From NCBI RefSeq assembly GCF_001194135.2, contig NC_068983.1, positions 164,546,141-164,579,771 of the forward strand: a stretch of DNA of 33,631 nucleotides, in the 5' to 3' direction. The notes beneath the pieces were generated by a model that was not told where the DNA came from, searched no databases, and saw only the letters and a program-made list of their open reading frames with translations. Below are positions 22,512 through 33,631 of the stretch, one piece after another; positions within the stretch are counted from its first letter, which is position 1; every line of letters begins with the position of its first letter. The stretch comes from Octopus bimaculoides (taxonomy: Eukaryota). The translations under genes and the position numbers were made by a program.

Positions 22512-23215
22512 ATATATATATACATATATGGATACATATTTATGAATGTGTAATGTGCGTGTGTAATGTGTGTGTGTGTGTATGTATGTGAGTGGGTGTG
22601 TAATGAAAACACTTCCTGTTGATCATCCCGGAATTATATCAGAAAAATATCTTATTGAGGTGAGGAGGTCTATTTTTAATTAGATTCTAGTCATTTCACA
22701 CTGGAAAGGGATTTTATACTATTTATAAATTCCCAAATAATCCAGAGTATAATTAAATGCCAAAAGTATATTTATGGCAAAAATGATTCCAACTCCAATT
22801 TAATGAAAAAGTTATTTCAGGCAAAGAATCGTGCTTAATTATTTCCAAAATTATCGCTCCTTATTCAGTTCATTCTTCTGAAAGCGAAGACGAAGTAGAA
22901 TTTGCCATGAATATATTTCAATTGAACCAAGATATCCAGATAGAATTATGAAGCTAGCCTGCAGTTTCTCAAAGATTGTCTTTCTGAGAGGAAGGAAATC
23001 TCAGATAACTAATTCTGATTACATGGAATGCGAATGCTGTCAAATTAATTTGAAATTCAATATGACATAACGGTTATTTCCAAATCCTTTTCTTAAAATT
23101 AACTATTATATTGCAACTTCAGATTACTGGAAGATTACCAGTATTAGCAGAATATTTCCAATAAAGTTATCGACAAGTTTCCTCAGAAGAAAGCACACGC
23201 AAACTCACACTTTTG

Positions 23216-23272
<57 letters not shown>

Positions 23273-23635
23273 GCAAGATTTATATAACACGAAAATGGAA
23301 ATAGCAAGCGCTTTAATAGCAAATCACATTTGTTTCTGCACTGGATACCAACTTTATGTTGCAGACCTTACATTTATATACCATTATATAAGATTATTCT
23401 TTAGAATAACTAAATAAATAAATGATTCATCGACAGCTATGTGCTGGTGATTCCTCAGGTGGAATACGTTGAAGCACTGTCGGATGTCTTTTGAGTCTTC
23501 TCAGATATACAATACCCCTTACTTTCCGCTAATCAGTTCATTAGATTCTGGGCAATACATATTGTTGTATTGACATAAAAGTGTTACACTGTGAGGTTAT
23601 TACACAGATGATGTTAAGCACACACACACATGTAT

Positions 23636-23804
23636 ACATACGACGATCTACTTTCAGCTTCCCTCTACCAAATCCATTCACAAGGTTTTGGTCGGCCAGA
23701 GACTATAGTAGAAAACACTTACCCAATGTGCCAAACAGTGGGACTGAACCGGGAACCATCTGGTTGGGAAGCTAGCTTCTTACCACACAGCCACGTCGGT
23801 GCCT
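23636..23804 (-). mobile_element. SINE family A, 5' half
   Basis: CTACCAAATCCATTCACAAGG...GTGGGACTGAACCGGGAACC...CTTACCACACAGCCAC. Confidence 0.87.
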
Positions 23805-24312
23805 ATAGCCATAAATCTTTGATTAAAATCAACATATGAAAAAAGCACCGCTTTTCCTATTGAGTGAGTAATCACTTCTGCTGTTCGTTGTTTTGTGAGT
23901 AGGTTGTGATGCATAATTGTGTTTTATTTTTAAAATTTCGCATGACATGTTTAATTTTGTAAATCTCTAATGACAGTAATTATTGTAATCTGCACAAAAA
24001 TAAGAAGCGGTGCGTTGGTGGCGCGCAGCTGTTACGTGAAGAGTTAAGTCTTTATTTTCGTCACTTTCCTTGCGGCACAGAGGCTCCATGTTTATATGTA
24101 TTGAATATTTTCTTTGCTATTTTTTATGGTCTGGTCATTTTTATACTATATGCATGCTTTTAGGCGGCAAAATATATTTATCATAATTAAAATTTGCTAG
24201 ATTTAACAGTTATATGTCTGCATTAATTTAAACCGAGGTTGAAAGCAAAAAATTAATGTCTTATGAATGTGATATGTTATTCCGTTGATTTACATTTGGT
24301 TCGTTGAAATAA

Positions 24313-25870
24313 CACTGGGTAACACAACTTTTGCTTCTAGAAAATGTTTTCAGTGTGTCTAAAGTAATTCTTTTCTCCTGATTTCAAAACTACCCTTGCA
24401 AATTGCATAGCATTGATATTTTAGGAGATAATTGTGGTTTTCTAGAGAATGGGAACAAAATTTATCTGCGGTAGTACTTTATTCAACTTATTCACAATGT
24501 ACTTTAATGAGAACTGAAAATATTTTGTCCTAATATTTACTTTTTAAGCTAATGAGAAATGGAAGCAAGACTATGATGAGATTATAATAAGATTTTACTA
24601 GAAATCCACCGAAGATTGTGCTCTCCTATTGTGAGCGCCAATGACCATATATAGACCTACATCATTGCAGTGTTTCATCTTCCTTGGTAACTTTTCTCCA
24701 TTGTAGCGATATCCAATAGAATCTCTCACCATGTTCCTCACTCACTTGACCTAAGTTTTCCCGAAAAATGTCAAAATGCAAATACAAAAAGTGTACCTTT
24801 AATGACATTCTACGGCCTAAATTCTTATAACACTCAATAAGTTTTGCCACGAGCTGCTTGTAGTTTGAGTTTGAGTTTTTGTTATTAGCAAGGAATTCCT
24901 TGACAATATCTCGGAATACACACCATGCCTCTCTTTCTAGATCACTCATCACATTTTCAAGTTTTATTGACCTTAGCATAATCCTTACTTGTGGTCCATT
25001 AAAAGTACCACCCTTAAATTTCACCCCAGATAGCTTTGGAAAGAGTAGACGAATTCACCGCGATATAAAGCCTTTACAAACTGTTTGACCAAACCTAGCT
25101 TTATGTGATGTGGTGGTGACAACACTTTTGCAAGCTCTATCTTACAACATTTAGCTTTACTGGTTGGAAGTTATCTCGTAGGGGCCACTCAGCCTTCTGG
25201 TAATGTTCATGATCAGCCCTTATCGCTCCTTAGGCAAAGATAACACGAATGCTTAGAGTACCCACCCTGTAATCCAAGTAAGAAGGCAAACATTTTAAAG
25301 TCACCATAAACATCCCATTTAAACTTATATCATAGTTTACTTTCTCAAGAAGTTCTTTTACATTGTCATATTCTTCCTTCATCTGTACCGAGTATGCAAT
25401 AGGCAGAAATGGATGCTGATTTCCATTGTGTAATAAAAGGGCTTCGAGGTTTTTTTTATTGAGCTATCAAAAGTTGCCATTCTTGGGGGTTGTGATCAAT
25501 TCCAAAAGCTGTAAAAAAGCCGTTTATATCTTTGCAGAGCAGAGATCGTCACTTATGTCAAAGTATACTTTGAATTCCTCATGTCGCCTCCTGTGTACTG
25601 TTAACCTGCAGTCTTTCCCCATGAGATTCTGTTCATTCAGCCTGGATGTCAAAAGCTCAGCTCGTGAGTTAATGAGACCCAAGTCCCTAATGAGATCGTC
25701 CAGTTCACGTTGATTTGGATAGTGTGGGCAGGTACTCGTTCCTGGATCAAATGTTTCATCCATTATATCCTCTACCTGAGAAATTTAAAAGGTTGCATTT
25801 CATAGTTGAAACCTTAATAAGAATTTTATGTGAAATCACATATCATTTCAAGCGGCGCATGCGCGTCCAT
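24313..25870 (-). mobile_element. Chapaev3-like DNA transposon (CMC superfamily), decayed, one terminus present
   Basis: The terminus CACTGGGTAACA at 24313 is preceded by TAA (fits the TWA target typical of Chapaev3), and there is an internal transposase pseudogene. The opposite terminus was not found. Confidence 0.75.
24662..25775 (-). pseudogene. Chapaev3-like transposase pseudogene (frameshifted)
   Basis: Minus-strand pieces in order: NQRELDDLIRDLGL..RAELLTSRL; HNPQEW..IDSS (D1); LLHNGN; WDVYGDFKM..LLGLQGGYSKHSCYLC (D2, CxxC); HIKLGLVKQFVKAL; FNGPQVR; MSLKVHFLYLH..ENLGQVSEEHGERF (E). Possible splice acceptor at 25776-77. Confidence 0.85.
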
Positions 25871-25936
25871 AGAACATGATTACAGCTTTATTCTATTGAA
25901 CGTTCATTGATCGTTGACAGCGAAAGAATCCATCAG

Positions 25937-25967
<31 letters not shown>

Positions 25968-26107
25968 CGTATGTATGTATGTATATACCTGTCTGTCGAC
26001 AGTTAGCACAAAGATCGAGTTCATGTAACTTATTCACTACTACCCGACGAATGACAACATCCGAAATCTTTTAACAAATAACTCATTCCATTTCTCACAG
26101 TATTAAC

Positions 26108-26174
<67 letters not shown>

Positions 26175-26203
26175 TAATAATAATAATAACAATAATAATA
26201 ATA
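26108..26203. repeat. (TAA)n microsatellite
   Basis: Seen directly. Confidence 0.96.
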
Positions 26204-26332
26204 CGGATTGTAAACTTTTCCTGCTTAGTTACTTGACTTTCGTCTTGTATTTGCTATTTTTTCACCACAGATACATCATACATACATAGAGAGAGAAAAA
26301 AGAGAAAGAGAAAAAAAAGAGGGAGATCATTG

Positions 26333-26383
26333 GATCGATCGATCGATAGACAGACAGGCAGACAGACAGACAGACAGACAGAC

Positions 26384-26449
<66 letters not shown>

Positions 26450-26539
26450 TTAGAAAGATAGATAGATAGACAGACAGACAGACAAATAGACAGACAGAAA
26501 GGGCGACAGACAGACAGATAGACAGACATACAGACAGAC

Positions 26540-26581
<42 letters not shown>

Positions 26582-26593
26582 TTAGAAAGATAG
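26333..26593. repeat. (GATC)/(GACA)/(GATA) compound tetranucleotide microsatellite
   Basis: Seen directly; the variant GTTAGAAAGATA recurs twice, suggesting a block duplication. Confidence 0.95.
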
Positions 26594-27893
26594 AAATGAT
26601 ATAGCTTGCCATTTGATGTATTTTTACCTTCATAAATATATGTTCGTATAATATCGAAAAAAGAAAACAAGTAAAAAAAAGCCCTCTTTGATTAAAAACA
26701 TTTATCTTGCCTTTGTTTCCATAGAAACTCTAATTAGGTTTTCCTGCTTCTTGACCGGCGATGTGGTCTGCTAACAGATTTAAACTACTTCATTTACTTT
26801 ATTGTTTAGTATTGAAGTTAAGTCCTTTTCGTCCGTCTCATCTGGTAAAAGCAGTGCCGTTTAAAAATAACCTCTAACTCTTACAAAGAGATGAATTTCT
26901 TTAAGCTCTTGAATTACAAGATAGCCATCAGAAGGTTAGCTGTAAGTCGATTTCCGAGCTAGTCTGACAAGGAACTCAGTTCGATATACAAGTCTACCGT
27001 AAAATTTCTGAAGTGCAACGTTCATTGGCGAATTAAAGTGGAAACAGTAAAATACCACCTTCAATCAATGAGTTGAAATAGTTCTGTAAACGAACTAATA
27101 TAAACCATAAAAGAGCTAATATTTGCGTCGCCTATAAATTTCAGACTCATTAAGTTTTTCATATTAGTAGAATGTCACTGCTTTTGTTAAGTGCAGAATA
27201 TAGATGAAATACAAAGTAATTCCGATAGTGAAGTAAGTGTTATGTGCCTTAAAGAATATTTGTGTGACATTAAGCTTTTCAAAATCAACACTTTTTGAAC
27301 TGGCGAACAAGAGAGAAGCTGCTGGTGGGCGAAGACAAGCAAAACATTACTGAAAAAGAAAACAAATAAATAAATAAATGTAGGAAATAGAGATAAAAAT
27401 GATTGAGAAAATGTTTGAACGTTGCTTAAAAGCTGCTTGGTAATGGCCTAACACTAGAGTCCTCAAATTCTAATGACGTCAAGTTTTCAGATTTATTTTA
27501 TTATTTCTCTTATATCTTGACCATGAAGCAAAATAGTTTGTTTCAGCGCATCCTACCAGTCCTGTTTCAGGGTAGTCTTTCACCATTTTGTCTTCCGAGA
27601 TCACGAAATATTTGCTTGGCTCGCTCTGAAAAATATAAATTGAGTATATCCTCCCTCCCCCCACACACACAAAGGCTTGCATACATATACTTTTAACGTT
27701 CTGGCTTCGTGTCTCATAACAAGAACTAATATATTTTGTCCATTTTAAGTGTTATGAGGGCATCTATAGAGAAAAGTACTGATTCTGATAGCTTTGTTTA
27801 GTTCCATACATTTCATACATTTGACTAAGATGAAAATATTTTCATGCTCAGATTAACTTTCATTTCTACAGCGATTGTTAGATATCGGCCTCT

Positions 27894-28068
27894 AATATTT
27901 CATTCTACTATAGGCACAAGCCCTGAAATTTGGTGGAAGTAGTCTCGTGGATTACATCGACCCCAGTACTCAACTGGTACTTATTTCATCGCTCTCGAAA
28001 GAATGAACGGCAAAGTCTACCTGGACATTATGTCCGGCATGCTTACAATTCTGCCAGCTCGCTACCTT
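27894..28068 (-). mobile_element. SINE family B with internal deletion
   Basis: TACTATAGGCACAAG tail, ATCGACCCCAGTACTCAACTGGTACTTATT core and CTGCCAGCTCGCTACCTT head. Confidence 0.85.
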
Positions 28069-29374
28069 ACAGGTGCCTCTAATATTGTCATCTTCTGATT
28101 TTCTTTGGCAGCAGTTAACAATGTATCCAAGTAACGAAACAAAAGTTTGATTTGTTCACTAATATAGATGCCGCAGTAAGTTGAAAACGCGACTCGGTTA
28201 CCATTTCCAAATGGAAACCGCATTCCTACTCACCCTGTCGTCTTGCCTGAGTAGTACACGGTTGTCACTAACTTCTACTTTGTTATAGTCGCAAGGACAA
28301 AAAGGTACGCACTAATGATGTTTTGTAGGAAATGGAAGAAATCACTACGGCTAAAGCAGGATTTTTGCAAAAGAGTCTCTCTCCACATCTTCTGTACGTG
28401 AATAATTTCAATATAGTTCTCTATTGAGTTCTTTAATAGAATTTCGCGTACTTACTTTACATTTCATCCACTCGGAATGGCCACCGCACGTATCACGATC
28501 GATTGCTACAAATTTGTGATGGTGTCGTATCTATAAAAGTATTTGATATTAAAAGTGATCATTAAATTTTATACGAATGACATAGAAAACATGATAGGAT
28601 TTTTTTTTAAAATTGGTTATTTGAAAACAGGCAATGGTCTCGATGTTAAAGGAAATTGCAGCGTAAAGTATGAGACACAAATTGATAAAGGGTCAGAAAC
28701 AAATACGGAAAATATCCACCAGGAGATTTCGTTATTATTAATGTTAGTGTAAATCGATCGTTAAATGTTTTATGAGTGTATATGTGTGTGTATGCGCATG
28801 CGTGTGTCTGTGCACAAGGTGTGAATAAGAAGATTTGTTTATATGAGTGGGTGGGGTTTTATGATTGTGATTAAGTAGGAAAATACAAAAAAAAAATCAT
28901 CACTTTAGCATTCAGTGTGAGTGGAAGAGTGACGTAGTTTTATGTGTAGGAAAGAGGTGGAAAGAGAGAAAGGGAGAGAAAGGGAGAGACAGGGAGAGAC
29001 AGGAAGAAATTGGAAGTGGGAAAGTGAATGATGACGTGCACAAGTAGAAATCTGTTGTAGGAAATAAACGAGTGAATGAGTAAAGAGAGGAAGAGAGTCA
29101 GGAAAATAGAATGGAAATTGGTTGAATAAACGATTGATTTGTAGCTTGAGGAAAAACGAATTCATTGTTTTGTAGAAGAGAAGGAAAGCCAATTTCACTG
29201 ACCCTAGTATATTACTGGTACGGTACTTATATTTCTATTGACTCTAAACGTATTGAAATCATAGGTCGATCTGTCAATCTGGGTGGTTTCCCAGACAGAT
29301 CTCAGTGTAACGGATGTAAATACTGGAAGGTTTCCATTTATGTGCAACGTTTTACTGCTTGTAAATCAGAGTAA

Positions 29375-29595
29375 AATATTCTTTTCTACTCTAGGCACAA
29401 GGTCCGAAGTTTTGGGAGACGGGGCTAGTCGATCAGATAGACCCCAGTACGCAACTGGTACTTCATTTATCGATCCCGAAAGGAAGAAAAGAAAAAGCGA
29501 CCTCGGCGGAATTTGAAATCAGAACGTAAAGACAGACGATATACCGCTCGGTATATTTGTCCGACGTGCTAACGTTTCTACTAGCTTGCCGCCTT
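29375..29595 (-). mobile_element. SINE family B, full length
   Basis: TCTAGGCACAAGG tail, GACCCCAGTACGCAACTGGTAC, GACCTCGGCGGAATTTGAAATCAGAACG and GTGCTAACG...GCTTGCCGCCTT head. Confidence 0.9.
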
Positions 29596-30049
29596 AGAGT
29601 AAGATATTGTAGCAATAGTAACGAACTAAAGGAAAATGAAAACGGCGAGTTTGACGTTGCATCTCTAGTTTTATAGAATGCAGTGATAAAGAAAAGGTCA
29701 GATCGTTTTCAATATTTAATTCTAGCTCTCACATTTTCTCTTTGCAGACATACATACATACATACATAAATGAATATATATATAAATACATATTATATAT
29801 ATTATATATTATATATGTATATTAGTCAGTGAAAATGCGACCATGAATTTACTAAAGTCGTTGATGATGGACTTCAACCTCGGACATTACCTTACTGTAA
29901 CCTGGAGTTCTTTACTAATCTCAAAACAATTTGTTAGTCTGGTATATTTTAATGGACAAAGAGATTGTAAAGTATTTTGCCCGCATTGGCAATTCCTTGT
30001 ATCTATATCACTATCTATCTATCTATCTATCTATATATATATATATATA

Positions 30050-30856
30050 NNNNNNNNNNNNNNNNNNNNNNNNNNNNNNNNNNNNNNNNNNNNNNNNNNN
30101 NNNNNNNNNNNNNNNNNNNNNNNNNNNNNNNNNNNNNNNNNNNNNNNNNNNNNNNNNNNNNNNNNNNNNNNNNNNNNNNNNNNNNNNNNNNNNNNNNNNN
30201 NNNNNNNNNNNNNNNNNNNNNNNNNNNNNNNNNNNNNNNNNNNNNNNNNNNNNNNNNNNNNNNNNNNNNNNNNNNNNNNNNNNNNNNNNNNNNNNNNNNN
30301 NNNNNNNNNNNNNNNNNNNNNNNNNNNNNNNNNNNNNNNNNNNNNNNNNNNNNNNNNNNNNNNNNNNNNNNNNNNNNNNNNNNNNNNNNNNNNNNNNNNN
30401 NNNNNNNNNNNNNNNNNNNNNNNNNNNNNNNNNNNNNNNNNNNNNNNNNNNNNNNNNNNNNNNNNNNNNNNNNNNNNNNNNNNNNNNNNNNNNNNNNNNN
30501 NNNNNNNNNNNNNNNNNNNNNNNNNNNNNNNNNNNNNNNNNNNNNNNNNNNNNNNNNNNNNNNNNNNNNNNNNNNNNNNNNNNNNNNNNNNNNNNNNNNN
30601 NNNNNNNNNNNNNNNNNNNNNNNNNNNNNNNNNNNNNNNNNNNNNNNNNNNNNNNNNNNNNNNNNNNNNNNNNNNNNNNNNNNNNNNNNNNNNNNNNNNN
30701 NNNNNNNNNNNNNNNNNNNNNNNNNNNNNNNNNNNNNNNNNNNNNNNNNNNNNNNNNNNNNNNNNNNNNNNNNNNNNNNNNNNNNNNNNNNNNNNNNNNN
30801 NNNNNNNNNNNNNNNNNNNNNNNNNNNNNNNNNNNNNNNNNNNNNNNNNNNNNNNN
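30050..30856. other. Assembly gap (N run)
   Basis: N run flanked by (TA)n. Confidence 1.
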
Positions 30857-31050
30857 ATATATATATATATATATATACATATAGTTGTGTGGGCGTATAA
30901 CAAACACATGCGTGCACACACATACAATTACACACACATGATGACTGGTTTTAGAGTAAAGGTACAATAATTCATATACATATACATGATACGATATACA
31001 AAATAATACAATATAACGTAGGCATATACAGAGAGAGAGAGAGAGAGAGG

Positions 31051-31182
31051 GAGCATTAAGAAAATGGAGGGGTTCAATAGGTGGTATTCATCAACTTTTA
31101 GATATAATATTATGTCAATTTATTTATTTATCTAAAAGTTGATGAATACCACCTATTGAACTCCTCCATTTTCTTATTGCTC
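31051..31182. repeat. 54-bp inverted repeat with 24-bp spacer (foldback/MITE-like)
   Basis: Arms 31051-31104 and 31129-31182 are reverse complements with 2 mismatches. Confidence 0.93.
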
Positions 31183-31352
31183 TATAAATTAATGGTAAAA
31201 TAACTCTTTATCCTCACCCATTTATTACACTCGGTAGTGTAATTGCCATGCAACAAAAGAACACTTGTGTATTAATAATTGGGTATTCTACCAGCAGTAT
31301 ATTGGATAGATATTAACCCTTAGGTGGTTGGATTCACAACCTCTAAATTTCT

Positions 31353-31393
<41 letters not shown>

Positions 31394-31938
31394 CTTTTAA
31401 ATTTGTATAAGCTTTTAAATTTGATCTGTGCGTGTTTCCTGTTTCTTGTCCATCCTGACGTGGGGGTCACTACCGTAATGCACTTTGGTATAACTGAACC
31501 GCTGTGATGAGCTCCCCAAATGGTCATCGATGCATTTAAATTGACCTTGTGGAAGTCTGTTTGGGTATCAACTCTAACCTACCATGGTTTTAAAAATTGA
31601 ACTTTGGACGTACTTTGTGTGAAGGGAGTAAAAACAATTTTTTAAATAATACTTTTAATCGTTTGATAAAACATTCTTAGTCGTTTGATATTTTATCTTA
31701 GCTTATAGCATTTTCTTTTTTTGGTTGTATGGCACACTTTTGAATTTTTAGTCGTTTATTTACCTTTTTGATAGGCCGTTATATTTGTATGTTATTCACA
31801 TATATATTTTTAGCTTCTGTGTTTTTATGTATACGTATATCTTTTTATATAATGGTGATATTTATATATGATTAAATGTTTTAGGTATTAAGTCGTTTTG
31901 ACTAGAATTTAATGTTTGTTCTATGAATAATGTTTATT

Positions 31939-31984
<46 letters not shown>

Positions 31985-32122
31985 TACACACACATGTTAC
32001 ATATATATATACACACACAGATATATACATATAGGTAGAATTCATGAGAAAACAACAGACGAAGACAGGTGGTGTAGACAACAAATGGATGTATTAGTAT
32101 AACGCTCGGGAATAGAGAAAGT

Positions 32123-32158
32123 CTTTAACGTTTCGAGCCTACGCTCTTCAACAGAAAG
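32123..32158 (-). ncRNA. Minimal type I hammerhead-like motif (A6U core variant)
   Basis: Minus strand CUUU-CUGUUGA-A-GAGC(guag)GCUC-GAA-ACGU-U-AAAG. Stem I has 4 bp, stem II 4 bp, and stem III is the palindromic AACGUU. Confidence 0.6.
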
Positions 32159-33519
32159 GAACACAGAAAGAAACAGAGAAACAAGGAAAGAAAAAATGTG
32201 AGTAGTTGTCAGCGATCTATCATGGCGAATAGTATATATATATATAACATAATTGTGTATGTGTGTGTGTGTTTGTGTGTGTGTTTGTGAGTGAGAGGTG
32301 TTTTATATTGCAATGATTAAGTCATAATATATCATGAAGAAATAGATTTGATGTCGAATATTTTCAATTAAAGTATAAGATAGAGAAAAATAACACGAAA
32401 GTGATAAATGAATTAGTACTTACAGTCATACACATATACTCGCACACACACACGCACACACACACACACACACGCTCTCACACACACTCACGTATAGCTG
32501 CGTAAATGGATGGAAAGACCGAGAGGGACGATGATGACAAGAACGTTTGATAATTAAATATGCTTCAACTGACGAGGCATAATTTCTCAACTGGGAGATG
32601 TAATGAATTGTACAAAGATGAATGGATTTCTTACGACATAAGATTTGTGCAAGTACAATATATTTCATAGTAACTGAAGAATTTCAGTGAGAGAAATGAA
32701 ATTCTTGAATTGAAAACGATTGTTAATATAACAAAATATGCTGCTTCATCAACACGAAAGATTTGATTTTTTTTTTTTTGTAGTTTACACAGTCAGATTG
32801 AAGATATTTTTCACAATATGAACAGAATCTGATCACTCATTCTACCAAAATTCATTTTGAATAAATAATATGATCAATGGGGTACCACTACAGCATGGGC
32901 TGTTAATATTCATTTTCTGTCACACGTGAAACTAAAACAGTGGAGTAATTGTTAACAGAAAACCTGAAATAAAATTTCTGTATCTTAATATGTTGCTGTT
33001 GTTGATGATGTTGATGATGATGATGATGTCAATGCTAACCCCGACAATGAGAGTCTCAAATCGATTCAACTCGGTAAGATACCTCTTCATAAATGTCTCA
33101 CTGAACGCTTCACGGTGTCTTTTCAGCATCTGTACGAATGTAAGCACCAAATTAGATAAAAGCCATTCTAGTCGCAAAACAACATGCCGTCTACGTTCAT
33201 AGAGAAAATGAAAGAACAAACAAAACGCAGATAGAAGAAACAAACAAATAAGATGAAGCCACATGAATTTTAACTCAACCATCATTTAAACTCACATTGC
33301 CAGAAGCAAATTTACTACATAGTAGTTTTAGAGAAAAGGATCTGACTAACGTCTTTATTATAATGGAGCTTATATGTAAATATATTTGTATATGTCAACA
33401 AAATAATGCCAGTTCTTCATCTCACCACTTATCAGCTTCTTATGTATGTCACATGCTGATACGGCCGCTTGCAACAATGATCTCTCAAAAGAAATGAAAT
33501 TGAAAATAGAGAGCGTGGA

Positions 33520-33631
<112 letters not shown>

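Noticed and set aside
22603-22659. ATG...MKTLPVDHPGIISEKYLIE followed by a GTGAGG donor
   Set aside because: No acceptor or promoter context; it starts at the edge of a (TG)n repeat and is too short to assign.
25870-26700. Second Chapaev TIR
   Set aside because: Searched by eye for TGTTACCCAGTG-like sequence and found none, so the element is called incomplete.
32674-32720. CTGAAGA with ATTTC/GAAAT stem followed by GAAA
   Set aside because: Stem II forms but stem I does not pair; expected by chance in AT-rich DNA.
32990-33073. Acidic plus-strand frame ending in a GTAAGA donor
   Set aside because: There is an in-frame stop just upstream with no AG acceptor in between; the acidity comes from (GAT)n.

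Overview
AT-rich, microsatellite-saturated eukaryotic draft-assembly sequence with five N-gaps, each flanked by simple repeats. The repeat landscape resembles an octopus/cephalopod genome; this is an inference from the SINE families and microsatellite density. No protein-coding gene could be confidently identified, so the window reads as intron or intergenic DNA, and most ORFs in the track are microsatellite or gap artefacts. Supported content: (i) about 17 copies or fragments of two tRNA-derived SINE families; (ii) a decayed Chapaev3-like (CMC superfamily) DNA transposon with one terminus (24313-25870, minus); (iii) several R4/Dong-like RLE non-LTR retrotransposon remnants nested in (TAA)n tracts (18-20.6 kb and 5 kb); (iv) a DINE-1/HINE-like non-autonomous Helentron-type element; (v) three very old RTE-like LINE fossils; (vi) a Penelope-like GIY-YIG C-terminal remnant. 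The most interesting signal is five type I hammerhead-ribozyme-like motifs from apparently unrelated sequence families (7083, 11668, 12244, 14453, 32123). Two have an intact catalytic core and one lies directly 3' of the Penelope remnant. Also noted are a 54-bp near-perfect foldback, palindromic minisatellites and low-confidence microexon candidates. All translations and folds were done by eye, and element boundaries are approximate unless stated.
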